A DNA stretch of 64,000 bases, taken from contig OZ059896.1 in assembly GCA_964057225.1 (NCBI GenBank), positions 18,042,001 through 18,106,000 on the forward strand, read 5' to 3'. Each line of letters opens with the position of its first letter. The stretch's first letter is position 1. The notes beneath the pieces were generated by a model. That model ran no database searches, was not told where the DNA came from, and saw only the letters and a list, made by a program, of their open reading frames with translations. This stretch comes from Auanema rhodensis (Eukaryota; Animalia; Nematoda). The translations under genes and the position numbers were made by a program. Of the stretch, positions 42,801 to 55,805 are shown piece by piece.

Positions 42801-45800
42801 GCAGCCTGTTCAGTTGAATGATTACCCTCATCTGCTAGGCTGTTTAAGATCTAAAAGACAATAAGGTTGTTTCAAGTTGCTTGTTCGTAACGATGACTAT
42901 GATGCGGATGACGATTAGCGGCATGTGATTGTCAACCGATCATTTTGAAAAGCGATTGTTGAGTTATATTGTTTGAAGAGACTTCAAAGAGTGTTTTTGT
43001 GAATGTAGTATGGTAGGTGAAAACATAATTGATCATCCATTTGCTTTTGAATATAATATGATGTACAGTGGATATAAATATAATTTTAATTAGGATAACT
43101 ATATGTGTAGTATAGAATATAATGGATAAAAGAACATACAATATCCTAGAAAGAGAGAGAGAGAGAGGGAGGGAGAGAGAGAGAGAGGAAGATCTTTGTA
43201 TACCAACATGTATCACCGGAATAAGGATAGAACGAGGTGAATGAAAAAGGAAAAAACAACATGTGAAGGGGAAGTGAGATATGGATGAGTGGGAAAGGTT
43301 GAGCAAAGAAAGAAAACCCAATTGAGATACTGTGTATGAGATGTTCCGAGAGTTCTAAAGATCTATCTTCTATATAATCAACCAAATTGCTTGTCCAATT
43401 CAAAGGAAATGAGCGAAAGAACAGCAATGATATAGATTCTATTCAACGTATTCTATTCAGTATATTCAATAAGCTATTGAAATCAAAATATGAAAAAAAA
43501 AATAAAAGAGACGGTTCATATGAATGAAGTTCAAAGGATTTTCAATCTGCTCATAGACTCAGTCCGCCTCATCAAACTCAATTTCATTTCCAATTCGGTC
43601 TTTAAACGAAAAAAGAAACCGTCCAATTAAGGTAATTCATTTCTTTGAAATCACATTCATGTTACAATTTCAATTATTAATATAAAGAAAAGAAAAAGAA
43701 GAAATATAGTTCAATAATACCGTAGTTTATAACTAAAAATTGTATTAATTGAAGGAATGAAAGTTACTATCTATCATTTTTGAAAATAAAGTCTAGAAAC
43801 TGTACAAATCTAGGTGAATACTGGCATTTCTTTTGAAATATGTCTTGAGAATTTTTTAAAATCATGATGAGAGTATATAGAAAGATAGAGAAATAGAGAA
43901 TCTGATTGACTGTCCTAATTCAATTACCTTGTGTAGTATACTATTACTACCGTATACTATGATAGATAGATAAAAACGTTTGTAATTTATGTTTTTGTAC
44001 GCTGATGAGAAAGTTTAAAACCTGTTTTACGATTGAAATAAACTTCTTCTCTTTACAGTAAGGGTCCAAGAATTATTGTTGTGATTGAAGATAGATTGAG
44101 GTAGTAGTCTCTGTAGGTCTGTCGACTTTTGTGTCCTTGAATATCCAATGAAATGAAGATGAGCTGTAAAAAAAGGAGAAAAGGCAAGCAAAAACGGTAA
44201 CGAGAGACTGAATGATTAAACGAGAGATTCAAAGAGAGGGAGAGAGATCAATGAAAAAGGATCAAGACAAATTGAATCTTTTGTTCTTGACAACCAATTC
44301 ATGTTCGAGTTGTAGTAATGCAGAGAGCATGAAGGCCATTCTATCTATACCATCGGCTTAATTTCATTTCTCTTTTACCAGTTCAATATAATATCCTGCT
44401 TAGTATCGATGTAGGTCAGTTTTATGATTTGAACTCATTTTATGCTAATTTTCACGTAACTAGGTGAATAGTAGAATCAATATACTCAAATATACTATTG
44501 GTGCCAAGAATGTGCAGAACGGTTGAAAATGCTCTCTCCTTATCTTCATATTCTGTTACCCCTTCTCTAACATTTCCTCTCTCTCTCTATCTCTCCCTCT
44601 CTTATTTTCTCTCTCTATTTCTCTTATCCTTTACTTTCTCATGACATGTTAACCTTCTCCTAAGAAAGGAGAAAGACTTGTTGACCTGTCTCTGATTATT
44701 GTATCGCTGTTGCCAAACAATCTGTGGATCCTGAATGGTTGACCCTATGCTATTGACGTACTGTTGGCTCAAAAGATAAAAAAATCTGAAAATTGTTTGC
44801 TTGAAATCCGTGAGTCAGATTCTACCGCATCAGATAGGATCTGATTCTTCTGTCTTATAGATCGTATGTGTGTGGACAGCTGGCCTCTTCAACCTATCTC
44901 GATTACACAGATTAGAGTCCAGTTTTTCATTTAATTTTTTTCTGTTTAGATTTCATTGCATTCTGATAGTACACGTCAGATTGTTCACTAAACTCAAGTA
45001 AGAATACAATGAAATACAGTCAAAGATCCAGAAGTTAAAGGAAGATATTGAAAACAATGACGATAAGGGCACAATCGGCTGTTTTAGCCTCTAGAATTTT
45101 GAAAATTTCAAAACATCGAGGTACACGCCATCAGCATACTCCATATGGATTTTGAAAATATCGCAGCCAGCCGGCCGTCAGAAGTGTCAGCTGGAATTCC
45201 TGGCATTGCTCACAGAAACTATAATGTCTTCAGGACATCTGTGAATCTCTCTTTATCTTCCCTCTGTTCAACTCTCTTGGCTCGTTCTCCTTTCGTTCTC
45301 TCTCTTCCTCTTTCAATTTGGCTCTTTATCTCTACTCTCTCAAAAGTATGTGCAAGAGAACTCGAAAGAAGTTGTGTCTGTGTGAGTTTCAATGTGAATT
45401 CTTCTGGACTATCCAGATGAGAATTAAAGACGACGACGAACATTCAATAAGAGCCACATGTTTTCACGTATGTTCATCATTGCAAAAAGTGCGAAAGAGT
45501 CCAGCTACCGGAAATTGAATAATCTTCCTGAATATGAAAAGCTGTACAACTCACTGTACTGTTTTACTTTCATCGTTCGTTCTTCTACTTTTCCTAATAG
45601 AAGGAAGAACTTCTGGTTTCACATCAAACGCTTTAAGACAATTTGATTTCTCTCTTGTCAATATTGCTTACGGCGAAGTAGCATAAGAAGAAATTCCGAT
45701 CAACATCTTCATATTGCCGACGACGTCAATCATACATGATCCAATTACCTTCAGCTCCAGGTTATAAGTCGATAATCCGAAATAGTCCCATGGGCATCGG

Positions 45801-47239
45801 CAACAACAAAACCATATTTAACGGTTTTTAACCATTTTTTTCTCTCTGCCATTTCCTAAGCTGCGACAGGTTTTTGATGGCATATGCAATCGGTTGTTAT
45901 CTTTTCCTTTTTCATCATGCCCACCACTTCATATTGTCACATACACTCTCTCTCTCTCCCTCTCTCCCTCTCTCTTGCTCTTTGTGTCTCTAGGCTTATT
46001 AGAGATATCAAGGTAAAAATCTTTTTGTCGGTTAACGTGTCTGTCACTCTTTTCACGTAAATGCCAATCTAGAAATCTGTAGCGTTGAACTGTTAAATCT
46101 GACAACATTCTTTTAGTATAATTAGCCATCTATCGGCATCTTTTTCAATAAAAATTATAAAAAAAAAGGAAAAATGTTGTTCAATCAGTAATAGAAAACA
46201 TTAGATAGATATGAATACAATCTGAATAAACCATTAACGGAAAATCTTCTAACAACAACAAACATGCAACTCTTGCGTCATGGCGGCAAACTTTAAGAGA
46301 TAAAAAAGAAAAAAATAGTTTTAATTGGAAGATATTACGCCTATATATGGGTGAGGATAATAAAAATATTTGGAATACAGATATCACCTAAGTTTACTCA
46401 TATGCTCATAAGTTGTTTCATTGAAAAACATATAAGATGACTTTGTGGATTTGCTCTTCTTCTTCTATTTCACCTTATAGCACATGCTCTATAGAATAGC
46501 TTATGTGCAGATGTTTTTTTTTTGAAAAACCAAGCACATAAGCCACGGAAAGAGACAGAATCAATCCGTTGTCAGCGGCAAGCTGCTGAACGGGTGGTCA
46601 GTTGCGTCAGAAAGCTGTGTACTGCCTTGTGTTCTTCTTTATATTGTACTTTTTTCCTTCATATAATTAACTAATATTATGAGGAAATCTGGTTAAGTAT
46701 ACTATATGTATATAGTTATTAAGTAGAAATATGCACTAAACAGGTCAAGTCACTGCATGAATGAATGCGTGAGATGGCTTTAAGCCAGGTATGGAAGTGT
46801 TGCAAGTGGTATACGAAGGATCCAATATTGCTTTGAGCAGATGGATAGAAGAAATGTTTTTTTATCTTTTGAAAATAAAAAAAGAAAATATAATTTGTAT
46901 AAATTTTTAATTTTATATACTGTATATAGTATATATAAATAATATAATTACATCATTAATTATAAAATAAACAAATAAACAAACAAATTGTCTATGCACA
47001 ACCCGATACTAGGCATCACAGAATGAGATTGATAACGATAAAGCTTATTATAAGCTTTTAAAGAGACGAGAACAACGGAAAAAAGCGAGACATACATACA
47101 GAAAAAATATTTCTTGATTTGGTTATGAGTAAAACGATTAGATTACGACGTAGAAGGCACTTGATAAGCATTTTTGACATTTGTTTTGAACAGCAACTGA
47201 AGCAACTTGCTCAAGCTGTTGTCGACTCTTATCTCCAAT

Positions 47240-48179
47240 TTAGCGTTTCTTCTCAATAGACTTTCTCTTCTTAACGCGCTGATTGCGGCGGTTATGACTG
47301 AGTACGGTAGCGGCTGGTAGGCCGGCAAGCATTTCTGAAAAAAATGAAAAATTAGGAAAACAGTTCAAGTTTAAATAGGTTTATTATATAGTTTTGGGCA
47401 TATATTTGTAGTTAAATTTGGGTTTAGTAAGAAGATTATAAGGAAAAAGGTCATCTGATATTGAATATCGTTACGAAGGTAGATGAAACTGAATAGAATT
47501 GAGGCAAAGAAGGGTTAAAAGTGGTTGAGAAGAATAGGAGTGTGAGTAGAAAACGAGAGAAGAATGACCTCGAACTAGCTGATCAGCAAGAAAGTTTCAT
47601 CTAAGAGGTCTAATCGAGATAACGACTTAATTGCAACCTTGTCCCCTCTCAGAGTATGAGCTACGGGAAATGGTAGTAATCCGTCTGATTTTAAAAATAA
47701 AAGCAAACTGTATAGTGGATGACAAAAAAATTGAAGAAAAACCAAAACAAGTGAAGACGACTGAAGTCGTTGTTTGGAATTGAAACATCCCCCCATTACG
47801 ATAAAAAACTGTGAACAAAAAAGAAAAAAAGAAGAGGAATAGAGTGAATATCATGGGAAAATGAAAATATTAAAGGATATTTTGTAAAAAGAGAAGATAT
47901 TGTTTGAAAGAAAAACTTAAAATTACCTCTGGGAAGAGATCCTTTTTGGACACGAGCAATGATGGTGGCTTCAAGTTGTTGGATGTAATCGACAGCATTT
48001 AGAAGCATATCGGTAGCATTCTTGTTAGCTGGTGATGGTGGAAGTAAAGCTGATAGACGACGTAGTTCAATCTGTTCGGCACGTGTAAGGGCTGGAACTC
48101 GTTGAGCTTCACGTGCTTGGGCTTTGAATGAAGTAGTTTGGATGGATGGCTTAGAAGTCTTAGGACTTGGCTTAGGCAT
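47240..48179 (-). CDS. Second small emc/Id-like HLH protein lacking a canonical basic region (HLH-B, ~115 aa)
   Basis: Exon 1 48179-47927, intron GTAATT...TTTCAG, exon 2 47334-47240: MPKPSPKTSKP...LTRAEQIELRRLSALLPPSPANKNATDMLLNAVDYIQQLEATIIARVQKGSLPR|EMLAGLPAATVLSHNRRNQRVKKRKSIEKKR*. Confidence 0.8.
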
Positions 48180-48249
48180 CGTGATGAGAGTTTCGACGAG
48201 TTAGAATACAACGACGATAGATATCCGGCTTCAGACAATAAATTTGTCT

Positions 48250-48530
48250 GAGTTGACAGTGGTTGAGAGCGAACGAGGTGTTGGCAGTCGAGGTGAGACT
48301 CGAATTGACGAAGGTCGAAAGAATGTGGGAGGGGCAGATCAGATCTGAAGGAGGCGGGGCTTAACGCGGGGTGGGGAGGAAGAGCAAGGGTGGGCTGGTC
48401 GTCGGCAAGTGCAATTGCTTTGATACCGTTACAGACAGATATTAATGTAAATAACTGTATAAATGAAGGAGAGGCAGGTAGAGAGAGAGAGAGAGATTGA
48501 AAGAGAGAAAGAGAGAGAGAGAGATTGGGA
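48250..48530 (-). promoter_or_regulatory. GC-box-rich promoter of HLH-B
   Basis: GGCGGGGC, GGGGTGGGG, GGGTGGGCT and GGGAGGGG (+ strand reading) at 48326-48396, followed further upstream by a GA/CT repeat at 48480-48524. Confidence 0.55.
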
Positions 48531-51500
48531 GGGTTAGAAAGAAGGTGAATTACTCATTTCATCAAAAAAGGAAATAATACCAAGAGATGTTATTCCCAAC
48601 CCTTATTACCGTGGGAAAATAATCTTATAAGATAAACCTTTCCTCAGATCGTATTGATTGTAGATAAAGATAAAGAAAATATACTCCTTGTCTCGTCTAC
48701 TAAATAGCTTCAAATGATTCCAAAATATTTTATTTACGAAATCGAACGAATATTCAAATTTTTCCGGGAATTTAAGGTAAAATGAATGTTAGAACAGTTG
48801 TTCAATCTCTATACCAAGAGTATACTTCATCTAATTTGAAGCAATAAATTCCAAATGAACGTTCAACATTCAGTATACAAGATTTTGCTAGCAACTGTTC
48901 TTGACGTGAAGAAACTAGCAAATCACTTTCTGATCACCATATAAGAAAATGACCTGAGGCAATACGATGAGAGAAAAACATAAATTATCTGAAAGAAAGA
49001 TTGAAGATGATTGTCAGTATTGTACAATTCATTTATCTTCATTCATGAAGCTTCTGTCTCAATTGCCTCTGTCAACGTGTCTGACAGCTTTATATACACA
49101 GATTTCAATTTAATTAAAATTTTGTATTTTATTCATTGTCTTCAACTTAAATATCAATTTGTCTTATAAAATTCAAGCATTATAGAGATTTTAATCAGTT
49201 AATTTCTCATAGTAAAAATAAAAAAGTTAATTATACAATCACGAGAAAAATACATAATATAACCAAAACTAAGAGATTTTATTTATATTTTAATCTTATA
49301 ACTATATCTACTGTAATCATGAGAATATTTTAAATGTATTACTATATACCATATCATTCATAGATAAAAAGTTCACAAAGAATCAAAGAAATATGAAGAG
49401 AAAGAGAGAGAAAGAGAACAGAGAACAGAGTTAGAAAGAGATCTAACAAAGGTTACAGATCATTTGTCTATGTATAGATGTAATAAATCATCTTATTAAC
49501 TATATCTATAGTTAGTTATTTAGTTAATTATGTATTTTTTATAATTTATATTCTTGAACTAGTACATATAGAAAGCATTATTGTCATTAAAACTTCTTTT
49601 CTTACCTGGATTAGAATGGCTCGCAGACACATACACAGACAAGAATATCCAGGTAAACAATAAACAAAAAGAAAAAAAAGGTTCTAAATCTCCAACTAAA
49701 TAAACAATTGGTTATATAATCCATATGTCAATCAGCTTTTATTTCATTTTAGGCCACACCTGTTTTTTTCTTTTCCAAACTTAGTAAAAACGGATATGGA
49801 TTGACTCAACTTTTAAAAGAAAATAGATGGAAGTTGGGAGAGAGACGACCTATTCACAAGATTCTGATTGACCTTATCCGGAACAAACTTTATTAGGCCT
49901 ATTGGCATAAAGCCAATAGGAATGTTCATGTTCTTGCCTTACTTGTTCACACTTTTTATTCTTCAATATTCACAACCTCTAATGAATTAGGCGAGAATAT
50001 AAATTGAGGGAACGATGTATGAGTTGTATCTCAGTTGAGATTACATATTGTTCATTCTAGAAGGCTTTATCTGCTGTTCTTACTTGTATTCGTTTTTCTT
50101 TCCATTCACCTGTAAAATTTACATATAAAGCATGGAACATCTGCTACAACCTTATATAGTAGGCAATGTTTGAAGGAGAAGCTTTTGATTTGAACTCATT
50201 TAAAGGTATTCCGACAACAGTTCAAGTGGACAGCTTAGATGGGGTAGGTATCAAGCAATTCTCTAACAAATTCCTTAATGGGGGTTAAAGCCATTTGATA
50301 TCTACGGCAGATTCTTTGCCATCTCTTATTCTGTCTTCAAGATGGTTGATGATGATGATGTACTTATCGTCTGTTTATTCAGAGCGGCACTTATAGCTAA
50401 TGTCACAAAGCCCTATAACAGCATATCCATACAAGTGATGCACAAGACATTACGATGACAATCTGAAAACGCCAGCTGAGCAAGTTCTTCCTTTCCGTTT
50501 GTTCTCTCACACTTTTTCCGCTTTTATTGGTTTTTCTCTCTCTTTATGAAAGCGTTGGTTACCGCAAATCATTAAAAAATTGTCTTGTAGGTCAGATATA
50601 CATAGAACGATGTACTTCAGATGATGTCTTCATTCAAGTTATGTGTGAAAGTAAAGTTTTCCGCCATAAGTTGTAGATTCCCATTTTAGAAGAACGAAAG
50701 ACTGGCTCAGACATCCAAGAAAAAGCTGAGAATTCACAGAGTAATGTAGCATTACAAACCAGATTGTTGTTGTGCTGTTTGTTGATATTGCTATGAACAT
50801 ATTTCGAAAGTTCTGGTTAACATCGTGTGTTCGTTAAGATGGAACGAGAGTTAGAAGTATGTGTATGTATGCTGAAGTACGTATGTGGCTGAAAAAGCAC
50901 ATCTGGATCGGCAACTGTCGTCAATAAACGACACCGATGTCCATATGTCCAGCATAGGAACCCACGTTCGTCTGACAGTTTTCGTGTGTTTGTGTGAGTA
51001 TAAATGTAAGAAAAACGACGAAGATGTCAGATAATAGAGACAATTTCTTGAAGAACTGTATGCTTAATGTATCTCAACTGTCTAAAGTTTATTGTGTGGA
51101 TTTGGAACTATGTGTGCTCATACTCATAGTTCGAACGAATATTTTTGAGAGATTGAGGATGAATTCAAATCAATCAACCAGAAGATAATAGTTATACAAG
51201 TCATTTAATACGGTAATTCATTTAATTAGGTTAACTCATGAGTCAGAAGACAAGGATTAAATAGAAAACTTTTTAGTCAAGGTCATATATCACTATGGTA
51301 TTCTTTCTTTCATATCTTCAATTTCCTTTTTTTTTTATTCAATGAATATTAATTTTACATTTAATTTATCCTAATTACAATATTATTTATTATTTTTATT
51401 TATTATTAAAATATCGAAAAAGGATCAGAAATAGGAATTAATATATTCATTTCAAATAAAAAAAAATACAACTTTTTCCATTTAATCTTCTACTCTACTT

Positions 51501-54500
51501 AATATTTTTTATATAATTATCTTATATTCCTAGATGATTGTATAGAATACCACGAGAATACATGAAATTCTTTGTCAAGAAAAGCTGAAATATGAAATAA
51601 GTAAACGACAAATCTCAGCAGGAGGTTGATGAGGATGATGTGTCATGATCAGATGAGGCAATTTATGAAAAATTTGCATAAAATTCAATCGAGATGACAG
51701 ACAGATAGGTTAGATGGACGAACCAGAAGCCAGAAGACATTTATCGTCCTGTTGCCATCTAGTTATGCTTGGTGAAATCACAATACTAAACTGAAGGAGG
51801 CAAGAATAAGCAAAAAGTCAAGGATTTTCATCTAAATTAAAGATGAATAATCAGCGAAAAACCATAATAAGATGTCATGAAACCTATAATTGCATAGAAT
51901 TTTAGAGGAAAAAAAGAAAAAAATTCGAAGATTGTTGTAGAAAAAGAAAAAGATTAAGGGATAAGCGTTAGATCTTTTACATCTTTTATATTTCAACTTG
52001 AATATTATATAGTAGATTCATTGGTCAGTAATTACAAATTGTATTCGATTCATACTAATTATATGTCGGTATTTACTACTGTATCTTGTTTCTCTAACCT
52101 AGAATATCTAAAAACTATTGAAATGTAGTTCGAACAGCTGGCACATTCATCTTCATTCATTCAGCTAACCTTTCATCAAGTAGATTTGCGCGAAATATAG
52201 GATACAAATGAAAGTACTTTCTATATTAAATTAAATATTTTGTTACAAAGTAATATGAATTTATAAAGTTTTTTTTAATTTAAAAGAAAAGGTTTAGCAA
52301 GTTTCAAGTTTTAACTGAACTACAAGTACTGTAGAAGAGGACGATTTATTCAGTTATAGGTATGATTGGTTTATAAAATCATTTAAATTTCCATTTAAGC
52401 TTTAAAGAAACTTCTTTATTTTTCTTTTATTTGAAAAAAAAGAATTATTTACTCATATATAGATAGATAATAACTGTATAAACATTAATTAATCTAAACG
52501 GAAGCTATTATATTTGTTATCGGATTAGAGCCAAACTGTAGCAAAAAAAACGGAACATCAAATAAGATGCCGCTAATTGCTCAAGGTGTTTCAGATGCCT
52601 TTCTTGCGTTCTATCTCTTTTCGGTTCGAATCCAATCCAATCTGTTTAATCTCTATCTTACATCATATAGATATTGGCTCAAGGGCTTAACCTGTCCGGA
52701 TACTGACTAACCTTTCAAGTTCGTTACTCTACCGAAAACCCAGTGGCAAATGCTATTAGATTACATGTTCATGTGCATCTGATAGTCGATGAGAAAGTTT
52801 TAAAATAACCGGGGGAATTACTGATTAAAGTTTATCAAAAAGAAGTTACGTTCGAGGATGTAATAATCAGATATAGAATTAAGAATGGAATTTAGAAAAT
52901 ATCAAAGTCTGGCTACAACATATCAACTTAAAATAATTGTGATTAAATTAATATTAATGAGTTAATATAAGTAATTATAACTTCAAAATAAGTATAAATC
53001 TTTCTGTTTGACATGAACTAAACACATATACAGCCTTCAAGCATTTTCTATATTTTTCGGATGCTTGGAAGCGTATTTTCTGGCATGTGGTCAAGTAATT
53101 AGTCAAGTGATACTTCACCTAATCGACGTCATACCATATTCGGTAAATGTATTGAATATATGTCTAAAAGTCTCTTATATTCATTATGCATGGATATCTG
53201 TTCTCGGTGGTTCTGCTCTTTTGAGAAAAGTGTGTCTGGTCAGCCGTTCGTTTGATGTTTACCGTCTTCAAGTGTTTCAGGAACCTTTTGTTTCATCATC
53301 ACCAACCACATCCTCATCATAATCACCAGTCGTCGTCAACATAACGGTCATCATATTCACTTGCCTCTTCTTCTTTTCTTTCAGCTCATACATATGGAAA
53401 AGCCGATAGACAGATGAGCAGATGGTCAAATTTGGCACAAAAAAAAAGCGAAAAAGGATAAGAGCAGCTATGTGTCTGAAAGGAAGGAAAACACCAAAAA
53501 AATGCCGCAAAACCGACAGCCAGGTACAACAAGGGGATACGAATGTGATCCTCATCCGCATAACAGACGAACAATTGCTATAGCATAACAGCACATGCTC
53601 TCATTACCTTCTGACGGCATTTATAAGGATGAAATGATCAAAATTCAATACCTATATACATAGTATATCCTTGACTAATTAGAGTATATTCAATGACATT
53701 AATTATATTTTTTTCTTTAATTCGTTTTACCCAAAATATATTATTTTCTTAAAACAGGAAATAGGGAAAAATTACGGAATAGACATATATGAGCGGGACT
53801 AGATAACTATAACTAACAATCACATAATTATATGTACATGTTAATGTAATCTTGAAGTTTTATACAATATTCCATATATCAGCTAATTTTTCTTAAATTT
53901 CATTGTCAATTGATATGAGACAATCGGTGGCTTGAAAAATGTTTTATGTGGATGACGTCATCGTTTTGTTTTTGAAATGGTTATGGATGCCGACATGAGC
54001 GTTATAGAAGATATTGAGCAATAAGTTGTAAACAATCTAGCAAAATGACATATAAAACCATAGAACCCTATAAGGTTAAAAGAGAAAAAAGAAAGAGCAG
54101 CTGCCAATTTTATCTCATAATTTCGTTGTCTGTATGTTGTTTATGTCGCAATGTTTCAAAGAAAAAAAACATAAACATATACTGTTATATGATATTTCTA
54201 ATATTGAAATATGTATTATTATATCTTAAACTTGAATAGAGAATAATATTATATAATAAACGAGTTTTATAAGCTATCCATATAGCAGCAGCATAATTCA
54301 CATGTTCTTTTGGTTGCAACATGTGCTAGTGATGCTGGATCATAGATGTATGACACCTAAAAGAATTGCCGAAAAATGATTTGATTGGCCTGGTATTATT
54401 CTTTTTTTTATTAATTTTTCCTTTATCTCTTGTCCTATTTCATCTTTTTGTTCCTAAATTGGTCTGAACTCATCAGTCAGCCTGCATACAGCGATGTTGC

Positions 54501-55805
54501 GTCATCACCTCTCTATAGGCTGTATGGTATTGCAGACAAATCAGAAAACGTGTGTTGAACGTATTAACCAATTGAACGGTTACATCCAAGGATTTTCAGG
54601 CACCCTGCTGGCTAACAAAACCGGCTGAGGAACAGTTGGAATACAGTTAGATGAAGAACTACCGCAACCTGAAACATGGCATTCCATAAACGAAATTGAC
54701 ATCTCAACGAAACAAATCGGCTTCAAATTCAACCTCGATGTTCGTTCTTCAATGCATGCCACACAAAGTGATGTTCAATTATACTTTGCGGCTGAATATT
54801 TTGTGTGAAAGGGACCGGTATTGTATCGTTTAAGCCAAAGAACAAAACCAATCTACACAACTAAGGAAGATTCTATTTTTTGTTTTTCACATTGCATAAT
54901 AGACTACTTTGATTAAATAGATGTTTATATTGAAAGTAAGGAAAACCTTAGGAAAACTTTTATTGACTCTCGCTTATAAACTCCCCCCCCCCTTCTCAAT
55001 ATCATTACTCGTCTCTCAAAGAACCTGAAAGAATTGTTCACAAGTGTCTTAGAGTGTGAAACCAAAAAGTTGAAAGTTAATCAGGACAGCAGAAGACTCA
55101 TGTGACTCTTTCTTCACCTTATTTATCATTCCAATATTAAGGTGAAATGACCGTGAACGATTAAAATTAAACGATAAGACATTGAGTTGTACCATTTCCT
55201 GTTGAGCTAATAACAGAGCAGAAGGTGACTTCACGATTAGTTGATTCACTAGTTGCTATATTAGGTAATTATTCTAGGGATTACGTCATCCTACACATGT
55301 AGCGATGATAGCACGGTTGACCGGCCCCATGCATTTCCATATAGTTAATTGCATAGTCATTACAATGAATATAATCATTACCGGAAATATAGCAAATGTT
55401 AAAAAATTTATAAAAAATCTAACAAAGATAAAGATATAGTAGTTATAATAAATATAATTATGTTGGTTGTAGCTTAAGCATTAACCTGACAAGGGAATTT
55501 CTATAGATTATGCAATTTAAAAATCCATACTCGTCGTGTTAAACCAAATGTAAAAAATGCGAGTCTAAACTAAAGTTTTAAATGAAGAAAGTTAATAAAA
55601 GATGATTAAAGAACATTTCAAGTAAAAAAACCAACTAAAACAATAATTAAGTATAAAATTCCGAGAAGTAAAATCGATAATTCGCAGTTTCTTTGCACTA
55701 TGCTTGATTTAAAAATCTCTAGACCCGATAAATAGAAATGAAAACGAATAAATTACAATTAAGCTCATTATGTATATATACATATCACAAAAATCACATA
55801 CGTAT

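Noticed and set aside
47154-47160. miR-124 seed match (GTGCCTT) in the HLH-B 3'UTR
   Set aside because: A single 7-mer with no conservation evidence
44812-49634. Small hairpins at 44812-44847 and 49602-49656
   Set aside because: Stems of 10-13 bp are too short for pre-miRNAs and expected by chance in AT-rich DNA
52569-52640. tRNA-like element: perfect B-box GGTTCGAATCC at 52623-52633 with a weak A-box-like TTGCTCAAGG ~46 nt upstream
   Set aside because: T-stem, acceptor stem and anticodon arm do not pair; at most an isolated B-box
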